From: Clostridia bacterium
Lineage (GTDB): Bacteria; Bacillota; Clostridia; Christensenellales; Aristaeellaceae
Assembly: GCA_030526225.1 (NCBI GenBank)
Contig: JAUNDF010000030.1
Span: forward strand, 1-19,784
DNA: 19,784 bases
Direction: 5' to 3'
The notes under the pieces are model-generated. The model was given only the letters and a program-made list of their open reading frames with translations, ran no database searches and was not told the origin of the DNA. The number at the start of each line of letters is the position of its first letter. The stretch's first letter is position 1. Shown one piece after another: positions 1 to 6,926 of this stretch. The position numbers and the translations under genes are program-made.

Positions 1-98
1 AATCCGAACGATTCTGCACAAGAACCGCTCGGATAATTCGATAGATTTGTAACAATTCTGTTCTGCTTTGCGTTTTCATTCGGTTTGATGAACTTCAT
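1..98 (-). CDS. 5-prime end of an unidentified gene running off the left edge (MKFIKPNENAKQNRIVTNLSNYPSGSCAESFG...)
   Basis: ATG at 98-96 on the minus strand, with 32 open codons to the window edge. AAGGAGG lies just upstream, but only 2-3 nt from the ATG, which is short. The fragment is too small to assign a product. Confidence 0.3.
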   Translation of the reverse strand, partial: MKFIKPNENAKQNRIVTNLSNYPSGSCAESFG

Positions 99-121
99 GC
101 CCTCCTTCAGCAAACTATTTC

Positions 122-150
122 TTGTATCAACGCCAAGAAAATGATATACT
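122..150 (+). promoter_or_regulatory. sigma-A type promoter for the radical SAM / AI-2E operon
   Basis: TTGTAT (122-127), a 17-nt spacer, then TATACT (145-150). The TTG that the ORF track uses as a start codon is this -35 box. Confidence 0.5.
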
Positions 151-184
151 ATATTTATTCAACAAAGTAAGGAATGTGACATTT

Positions 185-1066
185 TTGAACGATTGCGCAT
201 TATGCCCCAGGCAATGTCATCAGCCAAGAAATCAGCATGAAGGCCACGGCTTTTGCAAACTGCCTGAAACCATGTTGGTTGCAAGAATTGCTCCGCATCT
301 GTGGGAGGAGCCTCCCATCAGCGGAAAAAACGGAACCGGCGCTGTGTTCTTCAGCGGCTGTACGCTGAGATGTGTGTATTGCCAGAACGGAGAAATCAGC
401 CATCATAATAAAGGAAGAGAATTCACGCCTCAGCAGCTGGCTGATTCGATTCGCAAGCTTATGGACATGGGGATGGAATCCATTTCCTTTATCACAGCTA
501 CGCCTTATATCCCCCAAATCATCGAAACCTTGAACATCTATCGCCCGCCTGTTCCGATTGTGTGGAACACCTCCGGGTATGAAATTGTCGATTCCATCAG
601 GATGCTGGAAGGCATCGTCGATGTTTATCTTCCCGATTTAAAGCACCACTCGGAGCAAATGGGCAGGCTTTGTGCGAAGGCGCCCGATTATTTCCGCTTC
701 GCCAGCGAAGCCATCACCGAAATGGTCAGGCAGACAGGACATCCCATTTATAATGAAGACGGCATCATGCAGCGCGGCACATTAATCAGGCATTTGATTT
801 TGCCCGGCCTCACCTCTGAGAGCTGTGCGCTGCTGGACTGGATTCATGAGCATCTGCCGGATGACATTCCCGTCAGCCTGATGCATCAATATATTCCTTA
901 TAATGGTGTGGATATTCCCGGGCTGGACCGCCGCATCACTAAGCGCGAGTACAAGCGCGTGCGAGAACACATGGAATACCTCGGCATACCCGGCTTCAAG
1001 CAGGAGCTGTTGAGCGCCTCAGAGGGTTTTGTCCCCGTGTTTTGCCAGGATGAAAGCTACATTTGA
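185..1066 (+). CDS. radical SAM protein, PflX-like (homolog of pyruvate formate-lyase activating enzymes, COG1313 type)
   Basis: CTLRCVYCQN gives the CxxxCxxC radical SAM cluster motif. The N-terminal CALCPRQC...GFC and HLWEEPPISG motifs are typical of the PflX group. I moved the start to TTG 185 (alternative GTG 176) because 122 lies inside the predicted promoter; AAGGA sits at 169-173. Stop codon is TGA. Confidence 0.8.
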   Translation: MNDCALCPRQCHQPRNQHEGHGFCKLPETMLVARIAPHLWEEPPISGKNGTGAVFFSGCTLRCVYCQNGEISHHNKGREFTPQQLADSIRKLMDMGMESISFITATPYIPQIIETLNIYRPPVPIVWNTSGYEIVDSIRMLEGIVDVYLPDLKHHSEQMGRLCAKAPDYFRFASEAITEMVRQTGHPIYNEDGIMQRGTLIRHLILPGLTSESCALLDWIHEHLPDDIPVSLMHQYIPYNGVDIPGLDRRITKREYKRVREHMEYLGIPGFKQELLSASEGFVPVFCQDESYI

Positions 1067-1087
1067 TTATATGAAAGGAGACCGTAT

Positions 1088-2323
1088 ATGGATCGCAACG
1101 AAAAAAACAAGTATCTGTATATATTCCTGACCGGATTCGGCATTATTGCCGCCGGTACACTCTTTTTCTTCCTCATTTTCCGCTGGAGCAACGTCAGTGA
1201 GGCGCTGGCAAATGTGTTTTTGTCCATTCGCCCGATTTTGGTCGGCGCTGTGATTGCTTATATCCAGCGGCCCATCTGCTCACGGCTGGAGGCTTCGCTT
1301 TGCAAGGTATTCCCCAAAAAGCTTGAGAGCTTTGCAAACGGTCTTTCCGTCACCATCACCATGCTGGCTGCCGCCGTCATTGTATATGTATTTTCAATCC
1401 TTGTTCTTCCCCAAATCTACTCAAACCTGATTTCTCTGCGGCATACGCTGCCTGTGCAGCTGACCTCTCTGGTAAACATTGCGAAGGATTACTTCCAGAA
1501 TATGCCCTCGGTTTTAACGGTGATTGATGAAGCCGTGCTGGCCGTCAATGAATTCACCGAAAACTGGGTGAACAACATTCTGATTGCGAACCTGCAAACC
1601 ATCATGAACGGCACTCTGGTCGGCGTAAACATCGTCAAGGACGTGCTGGTGGGCATTGTGGCCGCCATTTATCTGCTGGCTTCCCGCAAGAGCCTGTGCC
1701 GCATCTGCAGGCTGATGGTAAAGGCAATCTTCCCGCCCAAATGGTCAGATATCATTTTTAAGGAAACCATGTATGCGGATACGCGTTTTGCCGGCTTCCT
1801 TACCGGCAAGCTGGTGGATTCGCTGATTATCGGTGTGCTGTGCTACTTCTGCATGCTGATTTTCAGTTTCCCCAATGCCATGCTGATTTCTGTGCTGATT
1901 GGCGTTACGAACATCATCCCCTACTTCGGCCCCTTTATCGGCGGCATTCCCGCTGCGATTCTTGTGCTGATTCAAAGCCCCTCTCAAGCCGTCGGCTTTA
2001 TCATTTTCGTGCTGGTGCTGCAGCAGGTGGACGGCAACATCATCGGCCCCAAGATTCTGGGCAACTCCACGGGCCTGAAGAGCTTCTGGGTTATGTTCGC
2101 CATTTTGCTCTTTGGCGGCACCTTTGGCGTGATTGGCATGATTCTGGGCGTTCCGTTGTTTGCAGTCATTTATGACATTACCAAGCAGCTGGTCAGCTTT
2201 GGACTGAAGAAGAAGGGCATCGATGAGGATGTACCGATTTCCATCAACACAACTGAACGTCCCAAGTCTGTTGTCACCCAAACGCTGAAGAAGTTCACGG
2301 CAAAGAAACAAGAAAAGAAATAA
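1088..2323 (+). CDS. AI-2E family transporter (UPF0118 / PerM-YtvI-like integral membrane protein)
   Basis: Multi-pass hydrophobic protein with the family signature QQVDGNIIGPKILGNSTGL. AAAGGAG RBS lies 7 nt upstream of the ATG, and the gene starts 21 nt after the radical SAM gene. Confidence 0.85.
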   Translation: MDRNEKNKYLYIFLTGFGIIAAGTLFFFLIFRWSNVSEALANVFLSIRPILVGAVIAYIQRPICSRLEASLCKVFPKKLESFANGLSVTITMLAAAVIVYVFSILVLPQIYSNLISLRHTLPVQLTSLVNIAKDYFQNMPSVLTVIDEAVLAVNEFTENWVNNILIANLQTIMNGTLVGVNIVKDVLVGIVAAIYLLASRKSLCRICRLMVKAIFPPKWSDIIFKETMYADTRFAGFLTGKLVDSLIIGVLCYFCMLIFSFPNAMLISVLIGVTNIIPYFGPFIGGIPAAILVLIQSPSQAVGFIIFVLVLQQVDGNIIGPKILGNSTGLKSFWVMFAILLFGGTFGVIGMILGVPLFAVIYDITKQLVSFGLKKKGIDEDVPISINTTERPKSVVTQTLKKFTAKKQEKK

Positions 2324-2331
2324 TGTTATCG

Positions 2332-2365
2332 CGGGAGAAGCGGCACTCGGCTTCTCCCGTGTTTT
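2332..2365 (+). terminator. rho-independent terminator after the AI-2E gene
   Basis: Stem CGGGAGAAGC / GCTTCTCCCG (10 bp), an 8-nt loop, then TGTTTT. Confidence 0.7.
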
Positions 2366-2370
2366 GCGTC

Positions 2371-2399
2371 TTGCCCATTTGCGCGAAGTATGCTATAAT
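2371..2399 (+). promoter_or_regulatory. promoter of tRNA-Leu
   Basis: TTGCCC, 17-nt spacer, TATAAT. The -10 box ends about 10 nt before the mature tRNA 5-prime end. Confidence 0.6.
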
Positions 2400-2409
2400 A
2401 CCTTCGTTC

Positions 2410-2490
2410 GCTGACATGGTGGAATGGCAGACACTGGGGACTTAAAATCCCCTGCCGCAAGGCGTGCGGGTTCGACCCCCGCTGTCAGCA
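2410..2490 (+). tRNA. tRNA-Leu (anticodon UAA), class II with long variable arm, no encoded CCA
   Basis: Hand-folded cloverleaf. Acceptor GCTGACA/TGTCAGC plus discriminator A. D arm GTG-GAATGGCAGA-CAC. Anticodon stem GGGGA/TCCCC with loop CTTAAAA (UAA). Variable arm of 13 nt, TGCCGCAAGGCGT. T arm GCGGG-TTCGACC-CCCGC. Confidence 0.9.
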
Positions 2491-2497
2491 CAGAAAG

Positions 2498-2526
2498 CAC
2501 GCTGTTAAAACGCAGCGTGTTTTTTG
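2498..2526 (+). terminator. rho-independent terminator after tRNA-Leu
   Basis: Stem CACGCTG / CAGCGTG followed by TTTTTT. Confidence 0.7.
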
Positions 2527-2530
2527 CATT

Positions 2531-2567
2531 AAAAAAGAGAGCCTTCTCTTTGGAAAGCTCTCTTTTA
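2531..2567 (-). terminator. terminator of pfkA
   Basis: Stem AAGAGAGC / GCTCTCTT, with the U-run on the minus strand (plus-strand AAAAAA at 2531-2536). It lies 10 nt past the pfkA stop. Confidence 0.55.
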
Positions 2568-2576
2568 TGTATGTTC

Positions 2577-3647
2577 TTAATCGCCGAAGGAAATGCCCAT
2601 GGTCTTGGCAATGTTGACCATCTGGCTGTCAGCGGGGACGGGCTTGGGTACGCCTGCAATCTCCTGCAGGGGATTGTGGGTGATTTCGTTGCCCTTGAGT
2701 GCAACGGTAACGCCGAATACGCCATCGCGAATCAGCTCTGCGGCATGCACGCCGAACTGGGTGGACAGCACGCGGTCATAAGCGCTGGGGGAACCGCCGC
2801 GCTGAATATGACCGGGGACCACCGCTCTGGCTTCCACGCCGACGATTTCCTGCAGCTGGGCGGCAATATCGGCACTGGCAGAATAGTGGGCAGCGGCGCG
2901 CCTGGCCTCGCGCTCCTTCTTCTTCAGCTTGGCTTCTTCCTTGCTCATGGCGCCCTCGGCAACGGCAAGAATGGTGAAGCCCTTGTTGGACTTGGCGCGG
3001 CCCTCGACCACCTTGGCGACCTTCTTGATGTCATAGGGGATTTCGGGAATCAGAATCACATCAGCACCGCCGGCCACGCCGGAAAACAGGGTGAGCCAGC
3101 CGGCTTTGTTGCCCATGATTTCGATGACCATGCACCGGCCATGGCTGGCAGCGGTGGTATGGATGCGGTCAATCACATCGGTGGCAATATCAACCGCGGT
3201 ATGGAAGCCGAAGGTGAAATCGGTACCGTAGATATCGTTGTCGATGGTTTTCGGCAGACCGATGACGTTCAGACCCTCCTGACTGAGCAGATTGGCCGTT
3301 TTGTGGGTGCCGTTGCCGCCCAGGGTCACAAGGCAATCCAGCTTCAGATCCTTGTAGGTCTTTTTCATGGCGGCAACCTTGTCCACCTTGTCCTCGCCGA
3401 TGACCCGCATGTTGCGGAAGGGCGTACGGCTGGTGCCGAGGATGGTGCCGCCGATGGTCAGGATGCCGGAGAACTGCTCGCGCTTCATGGGCTGATAATC
3501 GCCCTCAATCAAACCGCGATAGCCATCATGGATGCCGATAATTTCAGCGTCAAACATTTCATAGGATGCACGGGCCACACCGCGAATGGCGGCATTCAAG
3601 CCGGGGCAGTCGCCGCCGCTTGTCAGAATACCGATTCTTCTTTTCAT
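2577..3647 (-). CDS. pfkA: ATP-dependent 6-phosphofructokinase
   Basis: N-terminus MKRRIGILTSGGDCPGLNAAIRG, plus GGDGT-like LGGNGT, PKTIDND and MGR-like IMGNKAGW motifs. AAGGAGG RBS. Stop TAA. Confidence 0.95.
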   Translation of the reverse strand: MKRRIGILTSGGDCPGLNAAIRGVARASYEMFDAEIIGIHDGYRGLIEGDYQPMKREQFSGILTIGGTILGTSRTPFRNMRVIGEDKVDKVAAMKKTYKDLKLDCLVTLGGNGTHKTANLLSQEGLNVIGLPKTIDNDIYGTDFTFGFHTAVDIATDVIDRIHTTAASHGRCMVIEIMGNKAGWLTLFSGVAGGADVILIPEIPYDIKKVAKVVEGRAKSNKGFTILAVAEGAMSKEEAKLKKKEREARRAAAHYSASADIAAQLQEIVGVEARAVVPGHIQRGGSPSAYDRVLSTQFGVHAAELIRDGVFGVTVALKGNEITHNPLQEIAGVPKPVPADSQMVNIAKTMGISFGD

Positions 3648-3669
3648 ACCGATAGCCTCCTTGATTAAC

Positions 3670-3698
3670 TTGATTTCCGTTGGAAAATATTATATCAT
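3670..3698 (+). promoter_or_regulatory. promoter of the ybaK-like / histidine phosphatase operon
   Basis: TTGATT, 17-nt spacer, TATCAT. It overlaps the divergent pfkA -10 box back to back. Confidence 0.5.
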
Positions 3699-3717
3699 GA
3701 GTCTGCCCCGATGAAAA
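3689..3717 (-). promoter_or_regulatory. promoter of pfkA (extended -10)
   Basis: On the minus strand: TTTTCA, 17-nt spacer, TGATATAAT (TGn plus TATAAT). Confidence 0.5.
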
Positions 3718-3742
3718 GAGATTATTTGCGGAGATACACAAA

Positions 3743-4267
3743 ATGAGCAATAAAGCATTAGTTCTTTCCCGGTTGGATTCTCTGGGCGTGCCGCATGATA
3801 TTTATGAGCATCCGGCTGCCCATACCATGGAGGATTGTCTGGCACTGCCCTTTGCAGCGCCGGATGTTACCATCTGCAAAAACATTCTGCTGTGCAACCG
3901 GCAGAAGACGATGTTCTATCTGTATGTGACGCTGGCAGACAAGCCCTTTCGCACGGCAGATGTGAGCAAGCTGCTGGGCGTGAGCAGACTGAGCTTTGCC
4001 CCGGAGGAAGCGCTGATGGATATGGTGCAGACCGCCAGCGGCTCTCTCTGCCCCATGGCGCTTTGGTTTGATGCGGAGCACCGCATCACCTTTGTGGCAG
4101 ACAAGGACATCAAGGCCACGGCGCGCATTGCCTTCCACCCCTGCGACAACACGGCAACCGTGGTGTACAATCAGCAGGATTTCTGGGAGAAGGTAGCGCC
4201 GACCTTCGGTACCGCACCCATCTGGCTGGATGTGCCGTGGCCCGAAATGAAGGGGGAAGCAAAATGA
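3743..4267 (+). CDS. YbaK/ProX-type aminoacyl-tRNA editing (trans-deacylase) domain protein
   Basis: 174 aa with the family pattern CKNILL...LYV...ADKPF...GSLCP...FHPCDNTATV. Its stop overlaps the next start as ATGA. Confidence 0.75.
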   Translation: MSNKALVLSRLDSLGVPHDIYEHPAAHTMEDCLALPFAAPDVTICKNILLCNRQKTMFYLYVTLADKPFRTADVSKLLGVSRLSFAPEEALMDMVQTASGSLCPMALWFDAEHRITFVADKDIKATARIAFHPCDNTATVVYNQQDFWEKVAPTFGTAPIWLDVPWPEMKGEAK

Positions 4268-4854
4268 AGCTGATGTTCATCCGTCACGCAGAGCCGGATT
4301 ATGTGCACGATTCCCTGACGGAAAAGGGCGAGCGCGAGGCCGCTTATCTGGCTGATTATCTGGCAAATGTGAAAATTGACAAAATCTATATTTCTCCTTT
4401 GGGCCGCGCCCAGCGGACTGCATGGCACACCCTGCAGAAGAAAAATATGCAGGGCGAAACAAGGGAGTATCTGCGGGAGTTCAATTGCTCCTGCCCCAAC
4501 CGGAACGACGGCCGCGACCGCCATTGCTGGGATCTTCGTCCCCAGGACTGGACGAAGCAGGAACAGCTGTACGACAGACACGAATGGACACAGGCACCGC
4601 TTCTGTCCGGCGGCAATGTGGAGGAAGTGTGGCACAAGGCAACCGAGGGCTTCGATGATCTGCTGGCTGAAAACGGCTACATTCGCGACGGGGCCATCTA
4701 CCGCTGTGAAAACAACACCGACGAAACCATCGCCATCTTCTGCCACTTCGGCATTGCCACGGTGCTGATGAGCCATCTGCTGGGTGTATCCCCCATTCCC
4801 ATGCTGCAGGGGCTTTGTATGCTGCCCTCCTCCGTCACCACCCTTGTGACCTAG
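4264..4854 (+). CDS. histidine phosphatase (phosphoglycerate mutase-like) family protein, reading frame as far as the in-frame TAG
   Basis: MKLMFIRHAEPDY carries the RHxE catalytic motif. ISPLGRAQRTA and the second catalytic His region IAIFCHFGIATVLMSHLLG are present. The ATGA overlap with the upstream gene suggests translational coupling. The frame stops at TAG 4852-4854. Confidence 0.8.
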   Translation: MKLMFIRHAEPDYVHDSLTEKGEREAAYLADYLANVKIDKIYISPLGRAQRTAWHTLQKKNMQGETREYLREFNCSCPNRNDGRDRHCWDLRPQDWTKQEQLYDRHEWTQAPLLSGGNVEEVWHKATEGFDDLLAENGYIRDGAIYRCENNTDETIAIFCHFGIATVLMSHLLGVSPIPMLQGLCMLPSSVTTLVT

Positions 4855-5013
4855 GAACGGGTCAAGGGCGAGGTGGTGTTCCGCTGCACCGAATACGGCG
4901 GATTGACCCACCTTCGCATGGCAGGCGAAAAACCTTCCACCGCCGCCATGTTCTCTGAGCTGTATGACGGGCGCGACACCACCAATCCCATCGAATGGGA
5001 TCAGAACAAATAA
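4855..5013 (+). other. in-frame continuation of the histidine phosphatase past TAG (ERVKGEVVFRCTEYGGLTHLRMAG...EWDQNK, stop TAA)
   Basis: The same frame stays open for 52 more codons. It encodes the conserved C-terminal strand and HL motif of the family, and the only terminator follows this TAA rather than the TAG. Confidence 0.6.
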
Positions 5014-5026
5014 TCTTCGGATATAA

Positions 5027-5066
5027 AAAGACTGCATTGCTTTTTCAGCTTTGCAGTCTTTTTTTC
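5027..5066. terminator. bidirectional rho-independent terminator between the phosphatase and the yeiH-like gene
   Basis: Stem AAAGACTGCA / TGCAGTCTTT (10 bp), flanked by an A-run upstream and a T-run downstream. Confidence 0.7.
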
Positions 5067-5078
5067 GTATGGGATTGA

Positions 5079-6107
5079 TTACAGCATACCCAGCATGCCT
5101 TCGCCCCAGATGACACCGTAGGCAACCAGCACCACCAGCAGAGAGATGATGAAGCCGTGCAGCATGGGTGCGGGACCGGCCTTCTTCATGTCGCGGAAGC
5201 TGGTGTTCATGCCGATAGCGGCCAGTGCGGCAACCATCAGGAATTTGCTGATGTTTTTCATGGCGACGCCCACAGCGGCGGGAATCAGGCCGAAGCTGTT
5301 CAGCGCGGCCATGGCCAGGAAGCCCAGAATGAACCAGGGGAACACAGACTTGATGTTGATCTTCACCTTTTCGCCGGCAGCAGCACCGGAGGCCTTTTTC
5401 TTCAGGCGAATGTTGACCAGAGCGAAGATGATGACGGTGGGAATGATGGCCAGGGTACGGGTCAGCTTCACGATGGTGGCATAGTCACCGGCAGCCTCGG
5501 AGAAGGCATAGCCTGCAGCCACCACGCTGGAGGTATCGTTGACGGCAGTACCGGCCCACATGCCGTAGGCCACATCGCTCATGCCCAGCAGACGGCCCAT
5601 GATGGGGAACAGCACAATCATGGCCATGTCAAACAGGAAGGTGGCAGACAGACCGAAGGCAATGTCAATGTCATCCGCTTCGATGACGGGCGCAATGGCC
5701 GCGATGGCAGAGCCGCCGCAGATGCCGGTGCCTGCGGAAATCAGGTTGGACATTTTCCAGTTCAGACCCAGCAGCTTGCCGGAGATGTAGCCCAGACCGA
5801 AGCAGGTGGCCAGCGTGAATACCATAACTGCCATAGAGTTGCGGCCCACATGAAGAATGTCATTCAGGTTCAGGCTGGCGCCCAGCAGAATGATGGCCAG
5901 CTTCAGCACCTTCTTGGAGGTGAACTTGATGCCGGGGGCAGTCACCTCGTTGGGCTTGGCAAAGGAGTTGATGGCCATGCCGATGAACAGCGCAATGACG
6001 GAAGCGCCAATGAGATGCACGGGCATCAGGGATTCGAAGTATTTGGAGGCTCCCGCCACCACCAGTGCCAGCAGCAGGCCGGGGAGGTACTTCAACCATG
6101 CTTTCAT
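5079..6107 (-). CDS. YeiH/YidK family (UPF0324) putative sulfate-exporter-type membrane transporter
   Basis: 342-aa polytopic membrane protein with typical N-terminus MKAWLKYLPGLLLALVVAGASKY. The start is set at the ATG preceded by AAGGAAG rather than the longer ORF start at 6170. Confidence 0.8.
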   Translation of the reverse strand: MKAWLKYLPGLLLALVVAGASKYFESLMPVHLIGASVIALFIGMAINSFAKPNEVTAPGIKFTSKKVLKLAIILLGASLNLNDILHVGRNSMAVMVFTLATCFGLGYISGKLLGLNWKMSNLISAGTGICGGSAIAAIAPVIEADDIDIAFGLSATFLFDMAMIVLFPIMGRLLGMSDVAYGMWAGTAVNDTSSVVAAGYAFSEAAGDYATIVKLTRTLAIIPTVIIFALVNIRLKKKASGAAAGEKVKINIKSVFPWFILGFLAMAALNSFGLIPAAVGVAMKNISKFLMVAALAAIGMNTSFRDMKKAGPAPMLHGFIISLLVVLVAYGVIWGEGMLGML

Positions 6108-6141
6108 GTAAAAATCTTCCTTTCTGAACACAATCGCGGAA

Positions 6142-6170
6142 AGTATATCACACGGCCGGACGGTTGGCAA
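6142..6170 (-). promoter_or_regulatory. promoter of the yeiH-like gene
   Basis: On the minus strand: TTGCCA, 17-nt spacer, TATACT. Confidence 0.5.
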
Positions 6171-6212
6171 TAAATATACTGAAATGTTATGCCCTATACC
6201 GATTATGTTATG

Positions 6213-6869
6213 TTATTTTTTGCCGTCCCATTCATCATAGAACTGAGCCAGATACTGCTCCATAAACTTGTGGCGGCCCTCTGCCATTTTCTTGCCGGCA
6301 TCCGTATTCATCATGTCCTTGAGGAGCAGCAGCTTTTCATAGAAATGATTGATGGAGCAGGACTTTTGGGCATAGTAAGCCTCTGCAGACAAATCCTCCC
6401 CCGGCTTTTCATCCGGGACATAGATGGCTCTGCCTGCGTGGCCGCCATAGGCAAAGGCCCGGGCGATGCCGATGGCTCCGATGGCATCCAGCCGATCCGC
6501 ATCCTGAACAATGCAGCCCTCCGGCGTATCGGGCCGAACGGAATCCGTCCCTTTAAAGGACACCTGACGGATGGCTGTGCAGACAGCGGCGATGGTTTCC
6601 TCATCAATGCCATGGCTGCGCATAAAGCCCACGGCACGGTCAAGTCCTGCAGTTGTTTCGGGGGACAGCTTGCGGTCATCCACATCGTGGAGGAGCGCCG
6701 CCAGCTGAATCACAGCAAGGTTCGCATCCTCCTCCCCTGCCAGGGTTTCGGCGGCACGCCACACCCGCAGAGTATGCTGCTCATCATGACCGCTGCTGTC
6801 CTTTGAAAAGCAATCATGGACAAAGGCAAGCAGGTCGTTCAAAACGGTTTGGTCAAGTCCGCGGTGCAT
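6213..6869 (-). CDS. HD-domain phosphohydrolase (YedJ-like)
   Basis: GHDEQHTLRV ... LAALLHDVDD gives the H...HD...D metal-binding pattern. The start is at the ATG preceded by GGGAGG; the longer ORF start would run into the alaS terminator. Confidence 0.8.
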   Translation of the reverse strand: MHRGLDQTVLNDLLAFVHDCFSKDSSGHDEQHTLRVWRAAETLAGEEDANLAVIQLAALLHDVDDRKLSPETTAGLDRAVGFMRSHGIDEETIAAVCTAIRQVSFKGTDSVRPDTPEGCIVQDADRLDAIGAIGIARAFAYGGHAGRAIYVPDEKPGEDLSAEAYYAQKSCSINHFYEKLLLLKDMMNTDAGKKMAEGRHKFMEQYLAQFYDEWDGKK

Positions 6870-6884
6870 ATAAATTCCTCCCAT

Positions 6885-6916
6885 GAAAAAGAGACGCAGG
6901 AGAACCCCGCGTCTCT
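6885..6916 (-). terminator. terminator after alaS, immediately upstream of the HD gene RBS
   Basis: Stem AGAGACGC / GCGTCTCT followed by a U-run on the minus strand. Confidence 0.7.
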
Positions 6917-6926
6917 GATGATTCAA

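Noticed and set aside
122-184. N-terminal 21 codons of the radical SAM ORF (TTG start at 122)
   Set aside because: TTG 122 coincides with the -35 box of a TTGTAT-17-TATACT promoter and no RBS precedes it. Homologs start just before the CxLCPRxC motif, so the start was moved to 185 (or 176).
2410-2576. tRNA-Leu as an integration hotspot for a mobile element
   Set aside because: The tRNA 3-prime end is followed only by two terminators and the convergent pfkA. There is no integrase, no direct repeat of the tRNA 3-prime end and no compositional shift.
2424-3668. 414-aa plus-strand ORF overlapping tRNA-Leu and all of pfkA
   Set aside because: It is antisense to an unmistakable pfkA, starts inside the tRNA, and has a Gly/Ala-rich shadow composition.
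4852-4854. TAG decoded as pyrrolysine
   Set aside because: No pyl genes or methylamine methyltransferases are in the window, and histidine phosphatases are not known Pyl proteins. It cannot be excluded without the whole genome but is the least likely explanation.
4171-5037. 288-aa minus-strand ORF across the histidine phosphatase gene
   Set aside because: It is antisense to a gene with catalytic RH and H motifs, has no RBS, and has a Gly/His/Ala-rich shadow composition.
5157-6173. 338-aa plus-strand ORF (and 5146-5484) opposite the yeiH-like gene
   Set aside because: It is an antisense shadow of a clear polytopic membrane protein gene and has a G/H/D/Q-rich composition that does not look like a real protein.
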